Assembly: GCA_017627595.1 (NCBI GenBank)
Contig: JAGAGL010000018.1
Coordinates: forward strand, 3,935-67,934
Source: Oribacterium sp.
GTDB lineage: Bacteria > Bacillota > Clostridia > Lachnospirales > Lachnospiraceae
Length of the DNA stretch: 64,000 nucleotides
Reading direction: 5' to 3'
Each line of letters opens with the position of its first letter. Positions within the stretch are counted from its first letter, which is position 1. The position numbers and the translations under genes are program-made. Shown here piece by piece: positions 17,249 to 25,522 of the stretch. Under the pieces are notes generated by a model. It saw only the letters and a list, made by a program, of their open reading frames with translations, was not told the origin of the DNA and did not search any database.

Positions 17249-18466
17249 ATGTACAACGCAGTCGGTATTGATGTTTCTAAGGGCAAGAGCACCGTGGCGG
17301 TCCTGCAGCCGGGAGGTACTGTTGTCAGGAAACCCTTCGATGTCAAACACTCTTCCTGTGAGTTGAAAAACCTTACTGATTACATCCTGACCCTGGATGG
17401 CGAGTCGAAGGCGGTGATGGAGTGCACTGGCAGATATCATGAGCCAATCCTCCGTGCCCTATCCGACGCCGGGATCTTTGTCAGCGCGGTGAACCCTCAT
17501 CTGATCAAAAACTTCGGTAATAACACCATCCGTAAGGTCAAGTCCGATCCTGCCGATTCCAAGAAGATTGCCCGGTATACGCTTGACAACTGGGCCGAAT
17601 TACGTGAATATTCCAGTATGGATACTACACGCGCACAACTCAAAACCCTCAATGCGCAGATGGCCTTCTTCACCAAACAGAAAGTCGCTGCCAAGACCAA
17701 CCTCATTTCGCTCCTGGATATGACTTATCCAGGCGTGAATGACCTCTTTGACACCCCCTCACGAGATGATGGAAGCGAGAAATGGGTCGATTACGCGGCC
17801 TCTTTCTGGCATGTGGATTGTGTCCGCAAGATCGGCCTCAAAGCCTTTACGGAGCGCTATCAGGCTTTCTGCAAACGCCATGGCTACAACTTCCAGAAGA
17901 GTAAGCCCGAAGAGCTTTTCAATGCGTCCAAAGAACTTGTCGCCGTATTCCCGAAAGAACAGGAATACAAGGATATGATCCAGATGAGCATCAAGCAGCT
18001 CAATGTCATTTCTGCAAACGTGGAGCACACGCGTCAGGAAATGAACCGGCTTGCCTCCACCCTGCCAGAATATAGCACTGTCATGGCCATGAACGGCGTT
18101 GGGCCCACCTTTGGCCCACAGTTGATTGCTGAAATCGGGGATATTTCCCGCTTCAACCATCGGGAGGCTCTCACGGCTTTTGCGGGAGTGGATCCAGGGG
18201 TGGATGAATCCGGCAAATTCAAAAGCAAGAGTAACAACGCTTCTAAATGTGGACCCTCACGCCTCCGAAAGACCCTTTTTCTGATCATGTCATCTCTTCT
18301 CCAAACGAAGCCGATTGACGATCCCGTCTATCGCTTCCTGGATAAGAAACGTTCCGAGGGAAAACCCTATCATGTCTACATGACTGCCGGCGCTAACAAG
18401 TTTCTTCGTATCTACTACGGCAAGGTCAAAGAGTGTCTAAGAACTCAGTCGGAAACTGAAAACTGA
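17249..18466 (+). CDS. IS110 family transposase/recombinase
   Basis: DEDD RuvC domain (GIDVSK, MECTG, KSDPAD) and C-terminal GVGP...AEIGDISRF...AGVDP..DESG; start ATG 17249 with RBS GGAGG. Confidence 0.95.
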   Translation: MYNAVGIDVSKGKSTVAVLQPGGTVVRKPFDVKHSSCELKNLTDYILTLDGESKAVMECTGRYHEPILRALSDAGIFVSAVNPHLIKNFGNNTIRKVKSDPADSKKIARYTLDNWAELREYSSMDTTRAQLKTLNAQMAFFTKQKVAAKTNLISLLDMTYPGVNDLFDTPSRDDGSEKWVDYAASFWHVDCVRKIGLKAFTERYQAFCKRHGYNFQKSKPEELFNASKELVAVFPKEQEYKDMIQMSIKQLNVISANVEHTRQEMNRLASTLPEYSTVMAMNGVGPTFGPQLIAEIGDISRFNHREALTAFAGVDPGVDESGKFKSKSNNASKCGPSRLRKTLFLIMSSLLQTKPIDDPVYRFLDKKRSEGKPYHVYMTAGANKFLRIYYGKVKECLRTQSETEN

Positions 18467-18714
18467 GTATTGTGGATATCTTTTTCTGTAGGCCAGCTTT
18501 AAAGGTGGCTTATTTGTGATGCCCAAAACCAGATCCGATATTTTCTTCAATTTCCTCTTGACTTTTTATTAGCAGGCTTTCTGTGCCGATTCAAAAGCTC
18601 CGGTACATATCTAAAATCTTTGATTTTCATGGATACAAACTTTGAATGCCATGCTATACTGTTCTTGTCGAGAGATGTTTATGGCACGGCATTCGCCGTT
18701 TATATCATCTGATC

Positions 18715-18746
18715 AAGCTCTTATCTTGCCGGGTAAGAGCTTTTTT
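18715..18746 (+). terminator. Plus-strand intrinsic terminator
   Basis: AAGCTCTTATC-ttgccg-GGTAAGAGCTT plus T-run on the plus strand only. Confidence 0.7.
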
Positions 18747-18982
18747 CATGCACATTCCGGACTAAAATATCCGATTTCTTCCCAGACTTTCCTATCCGGA
18801 CAGTAATAGTTGTAGTCTCCGGAATCATCCATTTTGAAAGCATATCCAAACTTCAAGATTCCCTGCCTAATACCAATTCTCACAAACTGTGCATCCTTAT
18901 GCATAGCTTTTGCTATCTCTGCAATCGGGACATTCCTACCTGTAAACGCCGGTAGCTCCAGATAGAGTTTCGATTTGTCCAT
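18746..18982 (-). CDS. Excisionase-like small HTH protein
   Basis: 78 aa, VPIAEIAKAMHKDAQFVRIGI HTH; divergent from the repressor. Confidence 0.65.
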   Translation of the reverse strand: MDKSKLYLELPAFTGRNVPIAEIAKAMHKDAQFVRIGIRQGILKFGYAFKMDDSGDYNYYCPDRKVWEEIGYFSPECA

Positions 18983-19157
18983 TTTCTCACCTCCCTTTTA
19001 TATTTTTACGAATCAATAATTCGCATTTTGATGATATCACCCTTAAAGCGACTCGTCAATACTGTATGCGCACTATTTATTCGCATTACGTTCTTGCACT
19101 TCTCAAGGCTTCGTGTTACAATTCGTATATATGACATTTTCAGAAAGGAATTCCACA

Positions 19158-19781
19158 ATGAATCCAACAAATCCAATAGGAATGAAAATAAAAGAGATTC
19201 GAAAAGGATTAAAAATGAGCCAGTCTGATCTGGCCGAAAAATTGAATAAAACTCTAAGAACCGTTCAGAAATATGAAAGTGGCGAAATAGAAGTCTCAAT
19301 TGCGATGATAAACGAAATTGCGGATGCCCTTTCAGTAACGCCTGCTGAAATTATAGGATACCAGAAACAGGAAATCCGTTTAGATAGTCTTGCCGATGTT
19401 CTAAATGTAATCAACCAACTAAGCAATAAGGTGGGGCTGCATTTCGACATCGATGTTAAGCGTCCGCCTCAAGCCGGAGAATGGTCCTGTTCTCTTAGGT
19501 TTGACGGGAACGATTCATCTGCCCCGCTCAATCAGGATCTATGTCTCTCCCTTGAAAGATATGCGGATGAAAAAGAACGTCTTGATACCTATTGGACCGA
19601 TGCCGATTATTTCAATCACTGGTTTGAGACAGAGCTTGCATATTATGCCGATGTAAAGCTCAAAGATAAAGAAGTCGAAATTCTCACTACAGAAGAACGC
19701 TTAAAACGTAGAAATGAACTGGAGAAGGCAAAAATCGAATCAAAAAAAGCCGGGGCAGAAAGCTCCGACAACAAAAGTTGA
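19158..19781 (+). CDS. XRE/Cro-C1 HTH repressor
   Basis: IGMKIKEIRK..MSQSDLAEKL..TVQKYESG; start after RBS GAAAGGA. Confidence 0.9.
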   Translation: MNPTNPIGMKIKEIRKGLKMSQSDLAEKLNKTLRTVQKYESGEIEVSIAMINEIADALSVTPAEIIGYQKQEIRLDSLADVLNVINQLSNKVGLHFDIDVKRPPQAGEWSCSLRFDGNDSSAPLNQDLCLSLERYADEKERLDTYWTDADYFNHWFETELAYYADVKLKDKEVEILTTEERLKRRNELEKAKIESKKAGAESSDNKS

Positions 19782-19841
19782 TAAGGGATAATCCCATTAT
19801 CATATATATCCTGGGACAGAAAAAAGGAGGAATAAAATTAT

Positions 19842-20894
19842 TTGAAATCACCAAACGGATATGGAAGTGTATATAAATTATCCGGAAAAAGAAGAAAACC
19901 TTATGGAGTTCGTATAACTTCCGGGTGGGAATTCGATCCTATCACACAAAAGCAAAAGCAGAAATTCAGCATTATCGGATATGCCGCTACAAAAAAAGAA
20001 GGTTTACAAATGCTAGCCGAATATCATATGAATCCATTTGATGTTAGTGCTTCTAAAGCAACCTTCCAAGAGGTCTATGACCGATGGTCAAAACAAAAAT
20101 TCCAAACCATCTCTAAATCCAACATAAATGGATACGTGGCTTCATATAAGGTATGTGGCACGCTTTATAACAAGGTATTCAAGGATATAAAACTATCAGA
20201 TTTACAATATGTAATCGATAATTGTGAAAAGAACTATCCCACACTAAAGAAACTCAGGATCTTATTCCATCAGCTTTACGAATACAGTATGAAAAACGAA
20301 ATCTGCAATAAAGACTATTCCGAATACGTTGATATAGCAAAATTTTCAGATCGAAATCCCGACAAGCAAGATAAACATCCTTTCAGTAAAAAAGAAATAG
20401 AAAGGCTTTGGGATATGGCAGATGATCCTTACTATCAGATTATCTTAATGCTCATCCATAACGGCTGTAGAATATCGGAACTGTTGGATCTTAAGAAAGA
20501 GAATGTGCACATTGATGAACAGTACTTTGATGTAATATCAAGCAAAACCGAGAACGGTATTCGGAAAGTTCCAATCGCTGACAAGGTACTTCCATTTTAT
20601 AAGTCCTGGTACGAAAGCTCTAATTGTGACTATCTGCTGCATACACCTGATCAGAAGCATTTTACCTATCGGAACTATTACGATAGCTATTGGTTTCCAC
20701 TTATGGAGCAGATTGGTTTCGAGCATAAGCCTCATGAAACAAGACATACCTGTATTACCCTTCTGGCCGAAGCTCATGTTGACCCGACCATGATTAAGAA
20801 GATCGTTGGACACGCCGGAGCTATGAGTCTGACCGAGAGAGTTTATACCCATCCTGATATCGAAGCTTTGGTCGAAGCCATAAACCTTATATGA
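19842..20894 (+). CDS. Tyrosine recombinase/integrase
   Basis: PNGYGSV arm-binding N-terminus; catalytic GCRISE, KTENG, HETRH, VGH, VYTH. Confidence 0.95.
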   Translation: MKSPNGYGSVYKLSGKRRKPYGVRITSGWEFDPITQKQKQKFSIIGYAATKKEGLQMLAEYHMNPFDVSASKATFQEVYDRWSKQKFQTISKSNINGYVASYKVCGTLYNKVFKDIKLSDLQYVIDNCEKNYPTLKKLRILFHQLYEYSMKNEICNKDYSEYVDIAKFSDRNPDKQDKHPFSKKEIERLWDMADDPYYQIILMLIHNGCRISELLDLKKENVHIDEQYFDVISSKTENGIRKVPIADKVLPFYKSWYESSNCDYLLHTPDQKHFTYRNYYDSYWFPLMEQIGFEHKPHETRHTCITLLAEAHVDPTMIKKIVGHAGAMSLTERVYTHPDIEALVEAINLI

Positions 20895-20966
20895 TCCGCT
20901 CTTCAATATAGATGCATGAGATTCATCGATTTATATGTCACACCCGATACCTTTCGGAGAGATTTT

Positions 20967-20999
20967 TGTATATTACCTGTGTATTACTTGTATATTACC
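20967..20999 (+). repeat. Integrase arm-type repeats (right end)
   Basis: TGTATATTACC TGTGTATTACT TGTATATTACC. Confidence 0.65.
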
Positions 21000-21062
21000 G
21001 TCTGGAACAGCACACTTTTCACCACTTCTCACGGCACTTACAAATAATATCTCAGAATAAGC

Positions 21063-21096
21063 AAAAACCCCGGAAACTCGAGGTTTCCAGGGCTTT
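21063..21096 (-). terminator. rpsI terminator
   Basis: CCCCGGAAAC-tcgag-GTTTCCAGGG with a T-run on the minus strand. Confidence 0.7.
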
Positions 21097-21133
21097 GTAA
21101 GCTTTTTTTGTATTCTCTTTTTGTGAGAAATAA

Positions 21134-21526
21134 TTATCTCTTTGAGAACTGAGGAGCACGACGTGCGGACTTGAGACCGTACTTCTTTCTCTCTTTCATT
21201 CTCGGATCTCTTGTAAGAAGTCCTGCCTTCTTGAGAACTGGTCTGTACTCAGCATCCATCTCGCAAAGTGCTCTTGAGATACCGTGACGGATAGCACCAG
21301 CCTGACCTGTAGTACCACCACCACATACATTAACAAGGATGTCAAGCTTGCCTACGTTCTGTGTAAGAACGAGTGGCTGGTTAACGATAAGCTTCAGTGT
21401 ATCAAGACCGAAGTACTCGTCAAGGCTTCTCTTGTTGATTGTGATCTTTCCTGTACCAGGCATGATATAAACTCTTGCAACAGAAGACTTTCTTCTACCT
21501 GTTCCGTAATTTCTGTTTGTTGCCAT
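21134..21526 (-). CDS. rpsI: 30S ribosomal protein S9
   Basis: [12 protein letters not shown] ... [10 protein letters not shown]. Confidence 0.99.
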   Translation of the reverse strand: MATNRNYGTGRRKSSVARVYIMPGTGKITINKRSLDEYFGLDTLKLIVNQPLVLTQNVGKLDILVNVCGGGTTGQAGAIRHGISRALCEMDAEYRPVLKKAGLLTRDPRMKERKKYGLKSARRAPQFSKR

Positions 21527-21540
21527 CTTGATATCCTCCC

Positions 21541-21975
21541 TTAGAATGTAAGCTCAACAGGCTTCTGTGCCTGGTGCTTGTGATCTGCGCCAGCGTATAC
21601 GAAAAGCTTCTTATACATCTGTCTGCCTAATGGTCCGTGAGGAAGCATACCCTTTACTGCATACTCGATAACCTTCTCAGGCTTCTTAGCCTTGAGATCA
21701 CGAAGAGTTGTCTCACGCATTGAACCAACATACTTTGAATGTGTGCGATAAATCTTCTGCTCAAGCTTCTTACCTGTTACGGTAATCTTGTCAGCATTAA
21801 CGATGATCACGTAATCTCCGCAATCAAGGAACGGTGTGTAAGTTGGCTTGTTCTTTCCGCGAAGAACCTTAGCAACCTCTGATGCAAGACGTCCAAGTGT
21901 CTTACCCTCTGCGTCTACTACATACCACTTTCTGTCCTGTGCAATAGTAGAAGCTGTAGCTACGTATGAATTCAT
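21541..21975 (-). CDS. rplM: 50S ribosomal protein L13
   Basis: WYVVDA..LGRLAS..LRGKNKP. Confidence 0.99.
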   Translation of the reverse strand: MNSYVATASTIAQDRKWYVVDAEGKTLGRLASEVAKVLRGKNKPTYTPFLDCGDYVIIVNADKITVTGKKLEQKIYRTHSKYVGSMRETTLRDLKAKKPEKVIEYAVKGMLPHGPLGRQMYKKLFVYAGADHKHQAQKPVELTF

Positions 21976-22220
21976 AACAACCTCCTGTTATAAGGCTACT
22001 TACTCTGGTCTCTGTCCAAAACAGAACTTCTGTCGGCCGCCGCATCGGGTTAAATGCGAGGTTTCTTCTTAATTAAGAAGAACTTCTTTCGGCGCAAGTG
22101 GTCCACTCTGAGACTGATTTCAGTATTTAATGTAGCCCGGGCCGATGCTTTCGACCCTGCTGTGAATAGTTAACTGCATATCCATAGGCGCAATACACCT
22201 GTGAACAAACAGCAATGAGT

Positions 22221-22249
22221 ATTATATTTGTAATCCCTCAGCCTGTCAA
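22221..22249 (-). promoter_or_regulatory. sigma-A promoter of rplM-rpsI (about 240 nt leader)
   Basis: TTGACA-N17-TATAAT. Confidence 0.85.
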
Positions 22250-22320
22250 TACAATTGACCTCATTTCGAATTATAAAATTACTATAAAAGGGAAACAATT
22301 CAGCCGGATCATATATAGAT

Positions 22321-22585
22321 ATTGACTCTATTTTGAAATAGTATGATCAGAGTCACATAGAATTGTTGAAATCAATGACTCACATCAGGAATGTCATGGA
22401 TGGAGTCATATAGACTAGCCGAAAACATTGACTCATAAATGAATTTGCATGATTTAAGTCATTGAGACCAGCCGAAAACATTGACTTATAAATGAAATTG
22501 TATAATTTGAGTCATTTAGACTAACCAAAACTATTGACTCATAAATAAAATTGCATGATTTAAGTCATTGAGATTCGCTGAACTG
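22321..22585. repeat. 53-bp tandem repeat x5 with internal inverted half-sites
   Basis: Units start at 22321, 22374, 22427, 22480, 22533; each is TGACTY-N21-RAGTCA. Confidence 0.9.
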
Positions 22586-22596
22586 TTACCTGTAAT

Positions 22597-23250
22597 CTAT
22601 TTCTCCATGATTTCTATGATTTCTGCCAATGTCTCCGGCTCTTCATCCAGCAAATCCCTGACATCATCAAGGTCGCTCATATCCTTGATTCCGAAAACCT
22701 TGCAGCCTGCGTCATATCCGGCATGGATACCATTAGGAGCATCTTCCACTACGATGCACTCCTCCGGCTTAAGTCCGATTCTCTCCGCGCACTGAAGATA
22801 GATGTCCGGTGCAGGTTTTCCGTGGGTTATCATTTCCCCCGAACAGATGTAATCAAACTTTTCGGTGTAACCGGTTTTATCAAGATAATGCATAACCACC
22901 GGCTTTAGTGAAGATGATCCCAATGCTATTCTGTAGCCTTTCTGCATTAGCCAGTCAAAAAGCTCGTCCAGACCGGGCTTCTTGGGGATATCATTATCGA
23001 TAAAATACTGATCGATATATTTCTTTCTGTAGCCTCTTTCCTCCCAGTAGTCAAAGTCGGGGTTAACTTCATTGAACATCTTTCCGATGTTTTCCATGGA
23101 GGCTCCGCGCATCTTGTTGATCATCTCGTCTGTCATGGTATAGCCTCGCTCCTTCGATGCCACCTTCCAGAAATGGTGATATACCTTCTCAGTATCAAAC
23201 ATGGTACCGTCCATGTCGAATATAAAACCCTTGATGTTGTTATATTTCAT
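22597..23250 (-). CDS. HAD family phosphatase
   Basis: FDMDGT, GKPAPDIY, VEDAPNG. Confidence 0.92.
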   Translation of the reverse strand: MKYNNIKGFIFDMDGTMFDTEKVYHHFWKVASKERGYTMTDEMINKMRGASMENIGKMFNEVNPDFDYWEERGYRKKYIDQYFIDNDIPKKPGLDELFDWLMQKGYRIALGSSSLKPVVMHYLDKTGYTEKFDYICSGEMITHGKPAPDIYLQCAERIGLKPEECIVVEDAPNGIHAGYDAGCKVFGIKDMSDLDDVRDLLDEEPETLAEIIEIMEK

Positions 23251-23438
23251 GACTTTTTCCTTCCTGAACAAATGTCAGCCTTTTCATGCTTTTAGTTTCA
23301 TTAAAGGCTGACCATACATCATTTCGTATATCTTTATGAATTACACTTATTAACCTAAATGCTTTCCGAATCACTCATTTAAGGTATAAAGAATATTACA
23401 GAATTATAGAGAATAATATTTATGAATATACTTTAACA

Positions 23439-24557
23439 TTAATATCTCAGTTCTTTGAGACACAATCCCTTTGCCGGCACTGTCGGGCCCGCCTTGGTTC
23501 TGTCTTTTGCCTCAAGAATGTCCCTGATGTCCTCAGGTTCTCTCTTGCCGTTTCCCACCTGAAGCAAAGTTCCGACAATTATTCGTATCATATGATACAA
23601 AAAGCCGTTTCCTCTGATCCTGAAGGTGATAAGACTCGCATCCTCTTCCCTGACCTTTCTCGAAACCTTGGATAAGTTCGCATCAATCCGAACCCGTCTC
23701 GAGACGTTGGGTAACTCTACAGCTTCACAGATCTGTTCCTGTTTGCTGACCAAATCCGAGGCCTCAAATTCCCCTGAGCTGTTGGCTGAATCTACAGCTT
23801 CGCAGATCTGTTCCTGGTTGCTGACCAAATCCGAGGCCTCAAATTCCCTTGAGCTGTTGAATGAATCCACAGCTTCCGGACTCTTTCTTCCCCTATCAGA
23901 AAAGATTTCAATGCTGTAAATCTCTCTTACCGCATCTCCCCCGTGTTCAAAGACCTGACTGTCCGGATTCACAAAGCTTGTAAAATCATGAACTCCGCAG
24001 AGATACTCCGCAGCCTGCTGCATTTTTTCAATGTCTAAGGCATAGGTGAAGCTATAGGCATAAAGCCTTCCCATCGGCGAAGGGATAGGAGAATTGTCCA
24101 CTTTATATTCGTATACCTTCTCATGGGGCTCGAATCTCGGATTAAACTCCGCCGGCACTTCCTCTGCTTTAACCACTCTTATGTCTTCCGGCAGAAAACT
24201 GTTGATAGCGGAGGGGAAGTTCTCCGTAGGGATGGTGGAGTCTGTGTCAAATACGGCAACATTACCCATAGCATGCACTCCGCTGTCCGTGCGGCTTGCG
24301 CCTATAAGCTGAATGCTGTCGTCCTCCGGTGAATTTCCTTCCCCCTGGGAAAGCATACAGGAGGCAGAAGAAGGGTCTTTACCTGAGCTCCGCCTCAGCA
24401 AATTCCCGATTCCCAATGTGAGCATCCCCTGAATAGTAGGCTTATCACCTTCGGGCTTTTCCTTCGTAGGATTCTGGATCTGCCAGCCTTTGTAACCGGT
24501 CCCGTCATATGCGATTGTTAATTTGATACGTCGTTTCATGCTAAATTGAAAACTCAC
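23439..24557 (-). CDS. truA: tRNA pseudouridine(38-40) synthase with insertions
   Basis: AYDGT..GWQ, SRTDSGVHA, GFLYHMIR; start may be 24539. Confidence 0.95.
   Translation of the reverse strand: MSFQFSMKRRIKLTIAYDGTGYKGWQIQNPTKEKPEGDKPTIQGMLTLGIGNLLRRSSGKDPSSASCMLSQGEGNSPEDDSIQLIGASRTDSGVHAMGNVAVFDTDSTIPTENFPSAINSFLPEDIRVVKAEEVPAEFNPRFEPHEKVYEYKVDNSPIPSPMGRLYAYSFTYALDIEKMQQAAEYLCGVHDFTSFVNPDSQVFEHGGDAVREIYSIEIFSDRGRKSPEAVDSFNSSREFEASDLVSNQEQICEAVDSANSSGEFEASDLVSKQEQICEAVELPNVSRRVRIDANLSKVSRKVREEDASLITFRIRGNGFLYHMIRIIVGTLLQVGNGKREPEDIRDILEAKDRTKAGPTVPAKGLCLKELRY
23716..23876 (-). repeat. 75-bp in-frame tandem repeat inside truA
   Basis: EAVDS.NSS.EFEASDLVS.QEQIC x2 plus a partial third unit. 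Confidence 0.9.
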
Positions 24558-24715
24558 TCATCCTTAAAAACCAATAACTCACTTTCTTATTCCAATCTTC
24601 TTTGATTTTTTCATCCTGAAGCCACGAAACCAAAGCTTTTTTAACTTATTCGAATACCGGTAATGATCAAACCATCTATTCCGATTACGGTTATATAATA
24701 AAAACCCGGCTCTGA

Positions 24716-25522
24716 TCAAATCAGAGTAACAAATCTCGATCCTACCGCCCCCGCGAAATACAGAAACATCAGGAAGTACGCAATTCTGTCTCTTCCCTCA
24801 TATTTCAGAGGCTTCATCTTGGTTCTGCCCTCGCCGCCACGGTAGCATCTTGCTTCCATGGCCATGGCGAGATCATTGGCTCTTCTGAAAGCACCGATGA
24901 AAAGCGGTACCAGAATAGGAACCATGGCTTTTGCACGCTGGATGATGTTTCCCGATTCGAAATCCGCACCTCTTGCCTGCTGAGCCTTCATGATCTTGTC
25001 GGTTTCTTCTATAAGAATAGGAATAAATCTGAGTGCAATGGACATCATCATTGAAATCTCATGCACAGGCACGCCTATCTTCTTGAAGCCCCGGAGGCCC
25101 TTTTCCATTCCGTCTGTAAGCTGGTTGGGCGTTGTTGTGAGGGTCATAAGTGATGAACCCATAACAAGGAGGATCAGTCTTATACCCATTTTCAGGGCGA
25201 TGGTCAGACCTTCCTTTGAAATTTTCAATATTCCAAGCTGGAACAGCGGCTCTCCCGGTGTCAGAAACAGGTTGAAGCTCACGGAAATGAGAAGCAGGAT
25301 CAGGATGTTCTTAAGTCCCTTTGTCATGAACTTGAAGGGAACATTGCTTAGTTTAATGAGTATTCCCAGCACCACAGCTGCCACCGCATACATTGTCCAG
25401 CTGTCCACCACAAAGAGAGCAATCAGGAATACCAGTGTTCCCAGCAGCTTGACTCGAGGATCAAGTCTATGGATAACAGAGTCAACAGGATAATATTGTC
25501 CCAAAGTTATTTCTCTGATCAT
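24716..25522 (-). CDS. ecfT: ECF transporter T component
   Basis: LDPRVK, IALRFIP, AQQARG, AMEARCY. Confidence 0.95.
   Translation of the reverse strand: MIREITLGQYYPVDSVIHRLDPRVKLLGTLVFLIALFVVDSWTMYAVAAVVLGILIKLSNVPFKFMTKGLKNILILLLISVSFNLFLTPGEPLFQLGILKISKEGLTIALKMGIRLILLVMGSSLMTLTTTPNQLTDGMEKGLRGFKKIGVPVHEISMMMSIALRFIPILIEETDKIMKAQQARGADFESGNIIQRAKAMVPILVPLFIGAFRRANDLAMAMEARCYRGGEGRTKMKPLKYEGRDRIAYFLMFLYFAGAVGSRFVTLI

Larger units (their letters stand above)
16972..18578 (+). mobile_element. IS110 family insertion sequence
   Basis: IS110 transposase, ~275 bp non-coding left end starting CT-ATAAT, right end with TTGACT ending GCAGG-CT; no terminal inverted repeats. Confidence 0.8.
9289..21147. 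mobile_element. Integrative mobilisable element integrated in the 3' end of rpsI
   Basis: Flanking att repeats, tyrosine integrase next to rpsI, repressor/xis, primase, VapE, MobA/MobL relaxase; no T4SS or phage structural genes. Confidence 0.85.

Noticed and set aside
19006-19299. Small ORFs across the xis/repressor spacer
   Set aside because: Antisense or overlapping the repressor and its control region; no coding features
9289-21147. Prophage or full ICE
   Set aside because: No capsid, terminase or tail genes; no VirB4 or coupling protein
22321-22585. CRISPR array
   Set aside because: No unique spacers (units are similar along their length) and no cas genes
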